In this document: positions 13,536-28,965 of the stretch, piece after piece | How positions within the stretch are numbered: the first letter of the stretch is position 1 | Layout: the number at the start of each line of letters is the position of its first letter | From: Octopus vulgaris | Taxonomy: Eukaryota | DNA length: 64,000 bases | Assembly (NCBI GenBank): GCA_951406725.2 | Contig: OX597815.1 | Span: forward strand, 122,574,001-122,638,000 | Reading direction: 5' to 3' | Program-made: the position numbers and the translations under genes | Notes under the pieces: model-generated | The model's input: the letters and a program-made list of their open reading frames with translations, nothing else | The model's database searches: none | Told to the model about the DNA's origin: nothing

Positions 13536-13808
13536 CTGTAAAGGGAAGAAAAGCAAAAAAAAAAAAAAAATGCAAAGAAATTATTTTGTGTAAAATAATG
13601 TTAAAAAACCTAAAACTATATATTTGTTTTAGGCACAGGTATGACTGTGTGATTAAGAAGCTTGCTTCCCTAATCTTGTAAACTTAAGTTCAGTCTCACT
13701 GTGCAGCACTTAGGACAAGTGTCTTCTGCTATAACCTTAGGCCCATCAAAGCCTTGTAAATGGAAATGGAAAAGAAGCCTGTGATGTATGTGTGTCTGTG
13801 TGTGTATG

Positions 13809-13852
<44 letters not shown>

Positions 13853-14611
13853 CATCTTGAGAAACTCCATTTTTATTCCTTCCAACATCACAATGAGTGC
13901 TTTATCATTTGTATGATGTGGAAAATATTCCAACAACACTACCCAAATGATGTTAGCATCCACTTTAAAATTCATCCAAGGCTTGGTCCCCGCGCTATTC
14001 ATTCTCTACAAAAGTCATGCTCATGTCACATCACAACACTAAGACAGAATTATTTCACCTCAGTTGGCCCTGCTCTCTTTAACATCATCCCAAAACACAT
14101 AAGAGAAGAAAAACATCCCCTAATATTTAAACAGTTCCTGGACAAATATTGCCAATGAATTCCAGATAAACCACCTACCCCTGGATATATCTCTGCAAAC
14201 AATAACTCTCTAACTGAATGGGCTATGGTTCCAAAAGAATGACTGATGTGAAACATCTTTAAATGCCTTTTTCAAGGTTAGACATGGCCTGGACCAATGC
14301 TGGCCTAAACTTGTCTAAGTATAAATATTTGTGTATATGTGTGTGCATGATGTGTTATGTGTATACTTGTCTAAATACCAAATGGTGGTTTAAATGGACA
14401 TAATCAATTTCCAATCTTTTGTGTAAAACTTGTCAAGTTATGGGAAAATAACATCTTGCCTGGAAACAGTGAGGATTGGCAACAGAAAGGGCATCTGGCC
14501 ATAAAAAACTTGCCTCAACAAATTCCATCTGTGTCATACAAGCATGGAAAAGTGGATGTTATCTCCAAACAACTTATGATGTCCTACATATATAGGACAC
14601 ATCTACATCTT

Positions 14612-14656
<45 letters not shown>

Positions 14657-16768
14657 CGTGCACATGTGTGGCTTGGCTTCCCATGCCTTGAGCCTCAACT
14701 CTGGATAGGATCATATGGGCACCATTATGGAATTAGTGGTTAACACTTTAATATAAATAATATATATTATGTAAGACATTTAAGTCCTTCATCTATCCCA
14801 AACTGGTATATGTAATGTATTATATTATGTTATTCCTTCTCTCAAAATCCCTTCAGTAGTTAGTCAAAGTGGCACCTTTCCATCAGTTTTAATAAAAAGT
14901 ATTCAATTGTTCAATCAACAAAGCTACTATAAATGGTTGAGTAAGCCACAATCCTGAATATTCTTAATGCAACCACAAACAGAATCACCATGACACAATA
15001 GCTTACAAGGTTGAACCTTTACATAACTAATATAACCTATCCTTTAGGCTTCTACACAAGTCTGTCTACCCAATTTCACTCACAAGGGCTTGAGTTGTGC
15101 TTGGGTTATGATGAAAGACACTTACCCAAAATGTTAGACAAAGAAGTTGAACCTGAGACCTCATGATTTTGAAGCATAGTTCTTAATCATTTAACCATAT
15201 TACGTCCATACATACATGCTTATACATGTATGCTGACACACACACTCAAGTGAAAATGTTCTACTTAAAAATACATGTTTTGGTATGATTGCTGGAGACT
15301 TAGAAAGGAAGAAGGTTTAAGTCAGCTGCATAAAATGAGCAGTGATGAATTAAACATTAAGCAAAATAAGCATGTGCAGAATTGGTAAATGGTTTATGGC
15401 ACAAAAGAAATCACTTTAAACTTGTTAAAATATTTTGGATGCCTTATCTCTGCAAAGTATAGAAGCAGATATTTTACCTAAGATTAATTTTGAGGATCTG
15501 ATCAAAGATTTTGCAATTATAAAAGATAAGAGGAAAAAATAGAAATAAAGTGGAAATATACAAAAATAAACACTATTTCTCATCTTACTGCTAGTTTTGT
15601 TTCAGTTTGAAAGATAAAAATTTATGTTATGGTTTATTATTGTTAACATTTCAAATTATATATGGAGGCACCAAAATCTTTTGAGTGCTTAGGGCCTCTA
15701 TGTGTCTTAATCTGGCCTTAAAAATGAGCATTGTTGGATGTGGTGGTAAGTCATTGAGAAATAGTAGAAAGAGAATAGTAGAAAGTGAGGGATAGAACTA
15801 AACCCTGAGGAACACCAAAGGTGAGGCAGGAAGAACTCCATAGCTATGATACAGTCTGACAGGAAGCTACTGATTCAAGATATAAGAGATGGATAACGTT
15901 TTCACAGGAGATTCACAAATCAGACATGGTCAATGACTTTGCTGATGTTTAGAGCAAAAACATTACTCTCTGCCAAACCTCCCTAAAGTGAAGATCCGCT
16001 AGTAAAAGACATAGAAAAGTAGGTCTTTGAGAGATCTGGTTTTGCAAAAACAAACTAATGATCACTAAGGAGACAGAAAAATTTAAGGTGAAGAAGTCAT
16101 TGTTAATAACTGTCTCTATTACTTTAGAAAAGATAGAAGTGGAAGAAATTGGGCAATAGTTGCCTGATTAGAGGGGTTGCTATATTTTGGAACGGGACAC
16201 ACTGAAGCCTGCTACAGTAGAAATTGAGATTAAGTGATTTGGTGAGTATAGGAGGAAGTTCTGGGTGCATTGTGTAAGAGCAATAGAAATTAGTTTAGTA
16301 GAACTTGTCCTTCTCAAATATATCAATTACATTCAGAAATCACAGATACATGAGGTGAAAGCAATTTTCATAATCATGAGTCAAGCCTGTGTTACAGCCT
16401 TGACTTGCTTGGAGTTTATTACGACAAAACAATGAAACATGTATTTCACTATTCCAATGGAAAATAGCAGTTCTCAATTTCACGTGTGTGTGTGACACCC
16501 TTCGGTCATGACACTGACCATGGGCTTGCACCTAGAAAGTTACCCTCCCAGGCAAGTATGTATATATATGCATGTACGTGTGTGAAAATGACTGTGCGTA
16601 TGCATGTATATATTAAGGCAAACAATTAGCAGAGACTTTATTGTCTCATTAACTGCTCTCGTCACTCCTAGTTCAAATCCCGGCGAGGTCAACTTTGCCT
16701 CTTTCATTTCGTGGTTGATTATTAAGTTAACAGATTCGTATTGAAGAAGATTCTTCTCTCTCTCTCTC

Positions 16769-16801
<33 letters not shown>

Positions 16802-19800
16802 TTTTTTCTTTCTCAATTTCACAAGTATGCACAATGATACAGTACATTTACCTAAGCCTACTTGATACACACGCTTATCTCTTGTCATCCCTACAGAGTC
16901 CCAAATACCAAGACTTGTACTAAACATTTTGGGCAATATTTCCTTTCAAGAAGTGAAACCAATTGTGTGTGAAACTAACTGTGTCTGACCCACAATTGGA
17001 TTCACTTGTGAAAAGTGGATGTTAAAATAATGATGACAAGACAATCATTCAAAAGAATAGTTATGTTGGTCATAATTGGTGTGTTATCATAACATGGTCA
17101 TAGTAGGTGAGTTGTCACCATAGTATGGTCATAACTGGTGTATTACTTCAGCAATAATTTTCAGCTTTTCTATTATATGTTATATAATATTATACTGTTA
17201 ATTCAAACAGTTAACAGGTATATTTAATATATAAAGCCTTGCATACTGGGCAGTTATATACAGAGTAATATATACATATATATCATTAAAAGCAATTCTT
17301 CCTAGATTTTCATTATGCTACGATTGAAAATAAAACTTTTTTTTTCCAGTTTAGAAATCAAAATGCATGATTAATAATTCTCCAAACTGAACTATTAGAG
17401 AGCTTTTGGAGTTCTTGTAGTATTGTAATTTTTATATAAATTCTTCAATTTTGAAAGAGAAAAATATATTTTAGTTTTAATTTTGTTACATTACCTGGTT
17501 TTGGAGGTGCTCCACGGCTACTAACATCAATGTTAATCTCAAACTTGTGGAACTCTTGCTTAATTTCCATCTTCTCCTGTTCACTTACAACTGCTCGCTG
17601 GGTTTCAAATTCAGTATCACTAATTGATAAGGCTGAAATTAGAATTGGATAAATACTTGAAAATAATTGTTACTGAACAAAGATACATTTTTGTAGCTAA
17701 AATAAAACTACAGAAGTAATTTTTTAAAATCACAAAACACTAAATGGATAAATTGAATAAAATATAAATAAAATACTTATGATATTTTCTATGACTAATA
17801 AACATTTATAAAATAAATATATTTATAATTAAAAATATGAAAGCAATATTAATAGTTCATTATCTAATTCTATTAATACAATGATCATTTTCATTGTAAT
17901 TATATCTCTCAAAAGAAAATTTGGGAACAGTGAAGTTCAAAACTCATCAGAATCTAGAATGAAAACATCAGTACATTAGATATGTATTACTAATGATATC
18001 AATAGAAATTAAACTTATTAATAAAACTAAATGTGGACTAAAGCATTTAACATTTACAGAACAATGACACATAAATGTTAGATTTCATTTACAACTTTCT
18101 TTGCCAAAATATTTTACATAGCAAAATTTTAAGAGCATGTTAAATAATTTTCTTAATGTAAAATATTTTCTATATTAAATAGTATATTGTTGCGAATTTA
18201 TTTTTGGCTAATTATAATTTTGAAAGGTGACTTTGGCAAAGAAAGTTTATTTATACATAAATTTGTCTGTTAGACAATATTATAATTAGCATAAATTCTT
18301 TTGCTTTCCAATCAAGGCAGATCCTGGTAAAATCCATAATTGTTAATTAGGTTTATAAAAGAAAATTGAAATAATATTTTTAAACAGGTCTATAATCCTA
18401 TTTTGTTAACAGCTCACACATACATACGCACATGCATGCATGCACACACACATGCACACGCACATACACAAAAACATACATACAGATGCGTGCATGTGCA
18501 CACATGCACACAGAGAATTACACATTCTGAAGAAATACTTCTTTGATTACAGAAGTAAAGCGGAATGTAAAACACTGTAATAATTTAGTTTTTAATAAAT
18601 CATAATATAATTGCTTATATATATGCTTGTGTATATAACTCAAGGGCCTAGTGGTTCATGAATGCACAAAACTCACTCCTTGAATTACTTTTGTAACTTT
18701 CTACTGATTACAAACAATAAAAGTATCTATATATTTATGTATTGACTTCTATTTTTCTGGTTTGTTCATTCAAACCTATACACATACATACACATATACA
18801 TACATATACATATATACATATATATATGTACGTACGTACATACGTACATACGTACATACATACATACATACATACATACATACATACATACATACATACA
18901 TACATACATACATACATACATACATACATGTATGCACCATTTTGAGCAGGATACTATTTAACTTCAAGCGAGTCACCAAAAAGTCAATAAGGTGTTGGTC
19001 AATCTGATAAAGATCAAGCTGGATTTGTAACTCAGATATTTAAAATACAAAGACTTAATCCAATTAGTTGTAAACATGTACTAAAACATGATAAAGATAC
19101 ACTGCTAGAGTAACAACAATACTATAAAATTGATGAGTGCTTCATAATTTGAAGTCATCATTATTTTTATGCTTGTTTTTCTATGCTGACATAAGTGACA
19201 TGGGACTTATAGAGGCAGTGTTCAATAGACAGATACCCTTTCTGACTCCAACTCTTTATTGCTTTCAGCTAACATACTTTGTTCCACTGGTCCACACACA
19301 TTGAAGCACTAAGTTGTTGGACATAAATCGATGTCACCCTTGCTCACATAGGGGCAATGTGAAGACAGACAGTAACACGAAATTTACAAGTTTTTTTCAT
19401 ACACAGCAAGCTTTATACTGTTTCATTCTCAAAATTTCACTCACAACATATTGGTTCACCCAATGGCATAGTACAAGACATTTCTCCAAAGCAACACACA
19501 GTAGGATCAAGTCCAAACCCATGTGACCGCAAAGCAAATCTTTCCAGTTCCAGCCATATTTGCATCTTAAGATCTTCCTTTAAGTAGGATTTTACCTAGA
19601 GACACCACATAGAATTTGAGTGTTCAAATGGTCCCTTTATAACCCATTGTGATCTAAAACTATCTTCACTAGTTATTATAGTATGCGCTGCTTAGAATCT
19701 AAAAAAAAGATGTACAAATTTTGATAGTTAAGGAAAATATTGGATAATGCTTTTCTTTTTTATTAGTCTCACAAAGATAAATGGAATGAAAATATTATTA

Positions 19801-22800
19801 TTTTAATACTACTTTAAAAAGTATTCTGAAATTGTAAAAACTCTATTTATTTAATTAGATCTTAATTTAGTAAAAAATGTTTTAAATGAGAAAATGAAAC
19901 AATATACTATAAAATTCTCACAAAACTTTTTGAGTATTTTTAGTTGCTATACATTGTGAAAAAGAGTTGATCATTAGCATTGAAAAATAACACAAAAATA
20001 TATTAGAAAGCATTAATTTGTGCGCAGATGAATTACAAATTAACACATAAGCAACAGCGCATGTACAAAATGTTCAAAGGCAAATGCTGAAAAGTAACAA
20101 TGATAACGAAAGTGATATGCATATCTTTTTAAATATTAAAATACTTTTTCCCCTCTAGAAATTATTAAAGCATAAAACTTAAATTATACAAAAAAATTCA
20201 ATCTGTGAACTGCAAGAATTAACAGAGAGAGTTGCAACATTTCATCAAATTAAAGTTGGATATCAAACTTATTGCAAGATTAACATAAAGGTACTTAAAT
20301 TCTATTATAGAGGAAATACAATAGCAAATAATTAACTATGATAACCAATTAAAGACCAGGAACCAGGAACATGATACATAGCATTTTTTGAAATGTAAAA
20401 AATATTTGATAGAAATATTATGCTAATTCCAAAACTAAAATAAATAATTAAAGATATTTTAAAAGTTTTAAACAAAATAGAATTTATTAGTGACAGAACT
20501 TAAATTATATAACTATCATCATCATCATCATTGTTTAATGTCCGCTTTCCATGCTAGCATGGGTTGAACGATTTGACTGAGGTCTGGCAAACCAGATAGC
20601 TGCACCAGACTCCAATCTGATCTGGCAGAGTTTCTACATCTGGATGCCGTTCCTAATGCCAACCACTCCAAGAGTGTAGTGGGTGCTTTTACGTGCCACT
20701 GGCATGAGGGCCAGTCAGACAGTACTGGCAACAGCCATGCTCAAATGGTGCTTTTTATGAGCCACCTGCACAGGAGCCAGTCCAGCGGCACTGGCAACGA
20801 CTAGAATTAATGAAAGGCTTTTTATAAATAAATTATTTAGCTACTTTAAATTATAGTGCTCTTTGACAATTCCATCACATTTACATAAAGATAAACCTAC
20901 CAAGCCTAATGACATGTTGAATATACCAAAATATATTTAACAATTAACAATGACTTGCATATTTTATTTTTAATATGTTCCAAAAGATTCAAATGGAAAT
21001 AAGGTAATTGCTGTTGTGTAATCACATGATTTATCATTTAACATTTGAAATGGTTTAAAGAATTTTTAATTTAAAAGGTGACACGAATCACTGCAAACCA
21101 TCTGAGTTGCTGATGAAAGTAACATGAATGCTCAAAGTAATTCACTCTTGCAATAGAATAAATTTGGAACTATTGTTGCACTTCAATTATTTAAATTTTA
21201 TTACATTATTTCAGAGTTTGTAGGTGACCAGGTGTAACTACATAAATTCAGGCATGAACTGGTATTTTGCAATAGATTATACAATGTTGTATAAGTATGG
21301 TTTTATACATCTTGATGTAAGTTCAAAGGATTACAAATAGCCAAAATAATGTTCAAAATTACAGTTTATGATATTCTTATTTATATTTGATTTTTAAAAT
21401 TTTCATTCTCTCATAATCAAAATTATTTTTTCAAGATTTATTTATCACTTACTTGAATATTATTTGAAAGTGACAAAATGTAAAAATAATGAGATTTTAA
21501 AAAATATATTTAGCTATCTCATAATTAGGTAAATTAACTTAATCTATGAAGTACTAAATAGACTATCTATTGGGAATATATTTTAAAAGACAAACATAAA
21601 TGATTTATATCATATTCAATATTAATTGAGATCTGCTTCAAATTTTCTCTTTATGTTATTTGTTACTGAAACTATATTATCTCCTTTTGGCAAGCTGACA
21701 GAAATGTTAGGCCACTGGGTGAAATGCTTAGAGGTATTTCGTCTGTCTTTATGTTCTGAGTTCAAATTCCACCAAGGTCGACTTTGCCTTTCATCCTTTC
21801 AGGGTCAATAAATTAAGCACCGGTTGTGTACTTGGGTCGATCTAATCGACTGCCCCCTCCCCCACCCCAAAAAAAAATTTCAGGCCTTGTGCCTAGAGTA
21901 CAAAAGTATATTATCTCCTTTCATTTTAGATTTATTTCCAACAACCAATATTTTCCCCCAAAAGTTTATCACTTGCAGCTTTAAAAATATTTTAAAATAT
22001 TCTTATTTTCTACAGTCTTTTGACTAATGTAAGCTAATATTTATATTTTTAATTTCCAAGAATATTACAAAAACAGTTTTAAAATGTTAGCAGTCATTTT
22101 TTTTATATACATGCGAGATAAATTTAAAGCTTTCAGTTACTGCTGTTTGATATTTTACAACTGAAGATAATACTTATTTTATTTTTCTATCAACTTTTTC
22201 TTTTGGTTTAAATGTAAATATGTTTATTCTTTGATACCTGCTTTTAAAATTGAAAATGTTACAACATTAATTTATAAATACGAAATGATTATTTAATTTA
22301 TCTTTTGACATCTTTACAGCAGCCTCAGTTTGTTTGTTAGATTTCTGAAAGGGAAATATCAGTTCAATGAAAAATGTGCATATCACATAGAAGGCATTAA
22401 AAATAACAATTAATACAATATGAGATGAGTAAAGCAAGCCACAAAACGTAAAAGCAACAAGGTTAAATTATGTTTGATTTCAGTCTAAAACATATAAAAA
22501 CTTATTAAAAAAAATGTTTTTAATAAAAGATCAATAATAAATTTTATAAATAAATATTTAGTTATATTCCAATGTAAGTTGCTGTATGAAATTCTTTGAA
22601 TTGTTAGAAACAAGTCAGGAAAATAGTTTTGACTAATAAATAGAAAGTTGTAATTCAATTTTATTATTAATTTTGATCATTTTAATGTAGGAAGCCTTAA
22701 AACATTCAAGCAAGGAACAAGAAAAAGCAAAGCACGGTAAAGAAATGTGGGACTGTAGTGCTTTTGTTTGCATTCATAAGATGTAGTGGTTTGTGCTGGT

Positions 22801-25800
22801 TAAAAAGCCGATGATTTCACATAGCAATTTTGTTTTATTTTTACTTACGTAATACTGTAACGTAGGCAGTAGATACATATGAACCAGCATCATTTTCAAT
22901 CCTCACTTTATATTCTCCTTCATCTTCTAATATAGCTTGTTTAACAACAATCATAGTTCTGTTTTCTTCAATCACAATTAAAAATTCTTCAGTAGATTCG
23001 ATAACTACATCTTCAAAATACCATGTAATTGATGGAGCAGGATGTGCTTCAAATATTATCTCAAGAGTAAATGTATCTTTTTCACGGACACTAATATCAT
23101 GGAACTCTTTTATAACTTCCAGCTTAGTAGATTTTTTATGAATCTCTGATACATCAATGGTCTTTTGAATATACTCAGATTTTTGTTTTACAATTTCACT
23201 TGTGGAATCCTTTTTAATGATCCTGATTTCTTTTTCAAATTCTGGTTCAGGTTCTTTAGGATGTGAAGCAATTGTTTCTATGGAATATGTTTCTTTTTGT
23301 GTTACATTTAGTTGTTCAGGAACTGTTCTAACTTCAATATGCATCTCTGGTTTTCTTTCAACAGGAATGTCTTTTTCTTTAGAGACAATAGTCATGTGAA
23401 CTTCCTCAAACTTTGGTTTGGGAGTAATTTCTAGACCTTCTTTATATATTGCAGTTTCATCAACGGGTTCTTCCCTTCTCTCAGGTGTAATTTGTTCAGT
23501 AACTTTCTGGACAATATGTATTGTCTCATTGACATCAACCTTCTTCTCTGGAACAATAGTCATGCGAACCTCCTCAAATGTTGGTTTGGGGGCAATTATA
23601 AGACCCTCTTTAAACACTGCAGTTTCATCCACTGGTTCTTCTTTTCTTTCAGGTGTAATTTGTTCAGTAACTTTCTGGACAATATGCATTGTCTCATTGA
23701 CATCAACCTTCTTCTCCGGAACAATAGTCATGCGAACCTCCTCAAATGTTGGTTTGGGGGCAATTACAAGACCCTCTTTAAACACTGCAGTTTCATCCAC
23801 TGGTTCTTCTTTTCTTTCAGGTGTAATTTGTTCAGTAACTTTCTGGACAATATGCATTGTCTCATTGACATCAACCTTCTTCTCCGGAACAATAGTCATG
23901 TGAACTTCCTCAAAAGTTGGTTTGGGGGCAATTACAAGACCCTGTTTATACACTGCAGTTTCATCCACTGGTTCTTCTTTTCTTTCAGGTGTAATTTGTT
24001 CAGTAACTTTCTGGACAATATGCATTGTCTCATTGACATCAACCTTCTTCTCCGGAACAATAGTCATGTGAACTTCCTCAAAAGTTGGTTTGGGGGCAAT
24101 TACAAGACCCTGTTTATACACTGCAGTTTCATCCACTGGTTCTTCCTTTTTCTTGGGGGTAATTTCCTCTTTAACTTTCTGGACAACTTTTACAGTCTCC
24201 TTGACTTCAACCTTCTTCTCAGGAACAATTGTCATATGAACTTCCTGAAAACCTGGTTTGGGTGAGATTTCCACAGCTTCTTTAAATACAGCAGTTTTAT
24301 CAACTGGTTCTTCCTTTCTCTCGGGAATTCTTTCTTCTGTAACTTTCCGAACAATTTCTACAGTCTCTTTAACATCAACCTTCTTTTCAGGAACAATTTC
24401 CATGTGAATCTCTTCTAACTGTGGTTTGGTTACCACATTTACAGATTCTTTGAACAAAGATGATTCTGAGATTGATATATCCTTCTGAATATTTTCAGAA
24501 ACATTTATTTTTATATCACTCTTTTTAGGTCTTGTAACAGGAATAGTTTTGTCTACTTTATATTTCTCTTCAACTTGCATAATAACAGGTACATGTTCAG
24601 CTAAAGAAACTTCATGCTGAACAAGATTTGTTACAGAAATTGCTTTCTCTACCCTCTCTTCTCTTGGTTTGATTTGAACCATAACTTTTGAAGTTTTGTC
24701 TCTAGTAGTCTCAATAATCTCTTCCTTCACAGGTGATATTTCTGGTTCCACCGCAATGTCTATGCATTCTGTGAACTCTTCAAGGCTTTCCTTTTCTTCA
24801 TCAGATGGTTCAGCTGCATCTTCAAATGATTCTTCCTCAACTTCTACAGGTTTGTCCTCATACACATTCATTTCTTCTGATACAGTTGGTATCACCATAT
24901 CAGTAATTTCAGCGATCTGAATTTCTGCTGAAGTAGGGATTTCTCTAGGAATAATTATCAATTTATCAATCTCAGTCTCTTGTGGAATTTCCTCAGCACA
25001 GACGGATCCTTGAGTAATAAAAGGCTTCTGAGAAGCAGATGATGGAACAATTTCAGCTATAGGTTCTATAGCACATACTTCTTTGATGACATCATGAGAA
25101 GATTCAATAACTGTAGTATCTGGCAATTCATCAACCTTAATTTCTTTTTGCACAATTAAAACTTGTTCTTTTGTTGTTTCAGTGGTGTCATAATCAAATG
25201 TTGTACCAACTGGAGATTCTTCTCTGGGCACAACAACTAATAAGTCAAGAATAGTATCTTCTGAAGAACCTTCAACATTAATTTCAAGCTTCTCTGATAA
25301 TTCATGTGTATCTTTAGATCCTGATTCAATAAGTTCGGTCTGTACTTCAACTGGAGATGGTTCCCGAGGGAAAGCTTCAACATTTTCTGCTGCCAAATCT
25401 TCAGGTAAGACTGTGACATTTTGAACATGTTTTTCTGTGACCATATGTTGTTCTACACCCTTAGATTCAATGACTTCAGATGTAGTTTCAACAGGTGATG
25501 GTTCTCGAGGGAAAATATCAACATTTTCAGTCGGTAAATCTTCAGGTAAAACTACAACATTTTGAACATGTTTTTCTGTCACCATATGTTTCTCTACACC
25601 TTTAGATTCAATGACTTCAGATGTAGTTTCAACAGGTGATGGTTCCCGAGGGAAAATATGGACATTTTCAGCTGGAAGAACTTCAGGTAACACAGCAACA
25701 TTTTGAACATGTTTTTCTGTCACCATATGTTGTTCTACACCCTTAGATTCAATGACTTCAGGTGTAGTTTCAACAGGTGATGGTTCCCGAGGGAAAATAT

Positions 25801-28800
25801 CAACATTTTCAGCAGGTAGAACTTCAGGTAACACTGCAACATTTTGAACATGTTTTTCAGTAACCACATGCTGCTCTACACCCTTAGATTCAATCACTTC
25901 AGGTGTAGTCTCAACAGGTGATGGTTCCCGAGGGAAAATATCAACATTTTCCACTGGCAAATCTTCAGGTAAGACTGCAACATTTTGAATATGTTTTTCG
26001 GTAATCACATGTTGTTCTACACCTTTAGATTCAATCACTTCAGGTGTAGGTTCAACTGGTGTAGGTTCCTGATAAACTGCATCAGCATTTTCAGCAGCAA
26101 TTACCTCTGGGATTAGTTCAACATTCTGCACTGGTTTTTCAACTGATTGAATAACTCTTATATCAGATTCTATATTTTCAATGATCATTTCTACTGGAGA
26201 TGCTTCTGCAATGACATTTTCACTTTTTTCCATTGTCAAATGATCTGAAATTTCATTTATACAAACTTCAGTTTTGGATGTGATTTCTGCTTTGTTTATG
26301 GCTAAATTCTCAGATGTTTCTGGCTGGATATTTTCAAAATCTGTAGAAAACCTTAATGATTTTTCTTCATTAACAGTTTCTTTTGATTCCTGAACAAAGT
26401 GAATTTGCATTGTTTCTGATGGTATTGTATCAGGCTCATCCACATCCACTAAAATGTTAGTAGGCTCTAACATAAGAACATTCTTAAAACTGGATTCCAC
26501 AGCTACATCTTTGGTCATCTCAGTTTTTACAATTTCTTTGACAACTTCTTTCTGAGCATCAACATTTATAGTTATTGTGTCCACAAAATTGCTTGGTTCA
26601 GTAGCTATTTTAACTTCTTCTTTGAATATCTGTTCAGGAGATACAGTAAATTTGATTTCTTCCTTTTTAATTTCTGGTGACAATACAACTTCTGTTTTGA
26701 AATTTGAAACTTCTGCTGGTTGAATCTGGATGCCTACTGTTTGAACTATTGTTTCTCTTTCAATGTGCTCTTCTTTTCTTACATCAGGTACAATTTCTGA
26801 TTCCACATAATCATCTTGATAGCATTCTTCAAAATGATCTTCACTATCATCAGAAACTGGCTGACCTTCAATGCATTCTTCAAATGTTTCTTCACTTTCA
26901 AAGCTTTCACCTTTCTGAATTCCATATGTTTTATCAATTATTTCAATATTAACTTGTTCCATTACTGGTTTTGCATCTATTGAAATCTCTTCCACAAATG
27001 TTTTAGTGACTTCCTTATGCTCTTCTTCAATTGGAGAAGCAGCTGAAAGAAATATCATTCAAGATGAACTTTCACTTAAAGATTCTAAAAACAAATTCCA
27101 GGTTCCACATAAATTAATAATAATAATAGTAGTAGTAACCTTTCTTTAACAAATATTTTTGAATAACATTTTTAAAAATCTGTTATAAACAAAACCATTT
27201 AAAACCATACAAAGTTGATTTTTCACTCAATTAATTTTAAAGCAAAATTTAATTGAGATTACTGTTAATTTTTGTTTATCAAATACCTAAAATAAACATT
27301 TCAACTATTATCAAAAATTTGGCCTTACAATGGTTTTATATTCTATTCACACCTCTGACATGTCAAAACTTTGTAATATATATTAATTAAATGATCACTT
27401 TTAAACAACACATTTTTAAAACTTCTTCTAAAATAGCATTATATCTTGAGATTTATTTTATACCTGAAATAAGAATTTTATCAATAAAATTGTTGAAATA
27501 GCTGAAAAAATAACTAATCAATTACTTTTTTATATTAAATATTATTTAAAATTTAATAATATTTTCTTGTAATTTGAAAAATATACTGCTTTATAAAATA
27601 AATAAATAAGCATAAATTTGTTTAAAGTTTCAAATACACAAAAAACTCATAATTTATAGCTTAAAAGTCAACACTTCAAAAGTAATGATTAATTAACAAC
27701 AAATATTTAAATTCAATTAACATTTTCAAAATATAATTAATAGACTGATTTTATTTTGAGCAATTCTTCAAAATAAAACATTTCCAGCTACTGCTCTCAT
27801 TATTATTATCATTATTATTATTATTATTATTACTCAAAAAATTATGAGTAAGCTGGCCAAATCCTTAGAAGGTCATAAAAAGTACTTTGCAGTATTTGTT
27901 CCAGTTCTTTATATTCTGAGGTCAAATCACATGGAGGGTAACTAACATTTCATTTCCTCGGGGGCAATTAAAATAGAGTACCAGTTAAAAACTTGAGTTG
28001 ATGGCATCAATTAATCCCTTCGTGTCAGAATTACTATCATTGAACCAAAATTATAAGCATTATTATTATTATTATTATTATTATTTTGTATCTCACCCCT
28101 ATGGAATTTAGATGGGTTTATTCTTAGATAACAAGTCACTACCTGTGACCTCAGTCACTCAAGGACTTTTGAATGATCTTCACTGCTCCTAACAAGCAGG
28201 CCAGTGACATGTATTCTATGTGCTTCTGCAATTCAATCTTTTCTGTCTACTCTTTGAGCCTCTTCCTTTCATTCCTAAAGCTCCAGTGACAATTGGTACA
28301 ACCCCACTTTTTCTGCAACCCCACAATCTGCTTATCTCTCTCTTCAGATCTGGGCACATATCTACCTTGTTGATTTCTTTTTCTTTTTATTCATGTATAT
28401 AATGGACAGGCCACATCAATTGTGTAACAAGTTGGTTTCCTTTTCTCAAACACCAAGATATCTGATCTGTTATGCTCTAGAACATGATCTTTTTGGATAG
28501 GAAAAATTCAAAGAAGTTTAACCTTACTGGACAAAATGCCTTGCAATATTTAGTTAAGTGATTTGTAACATATATTCATATATTCCAATTGTATTTATTA
28601 TAACTGAAATGACAACCACATTTCATGTATACTATAGTGATTTTAATCTGATAGATAAGTGAAAGTCTGAATTCCTCAACTCTTTTTTAATGACCTTGTA
28701 GTCACTTGATACCGCTATAGCAATTATTAACATACAATATTTTCTACAAGGCAGTTTTGTTGTATATAGATCAGGCATTATTTTCTGAATTGTACCTTAT

Positions 28801-28917
28801 TTGTACTGTACTGCCGTTTCCAAAGACATGAATATATAAAGCTTTATCTCTAAGAAAATGAACTTGTTCTGTTATGTGTGTGTATGCATATATAATATAG
28901 GCATGCAAATACGTTTA

Positions 28918-28965
<48 letters not shown>

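Noticed and set aside
13226-13681. 151-aa plus-strand ORF with a hydrophobic stretch
   Set aside because: Antisense to the terminal exon; the minus frame has the acceptor, phase and composition support.
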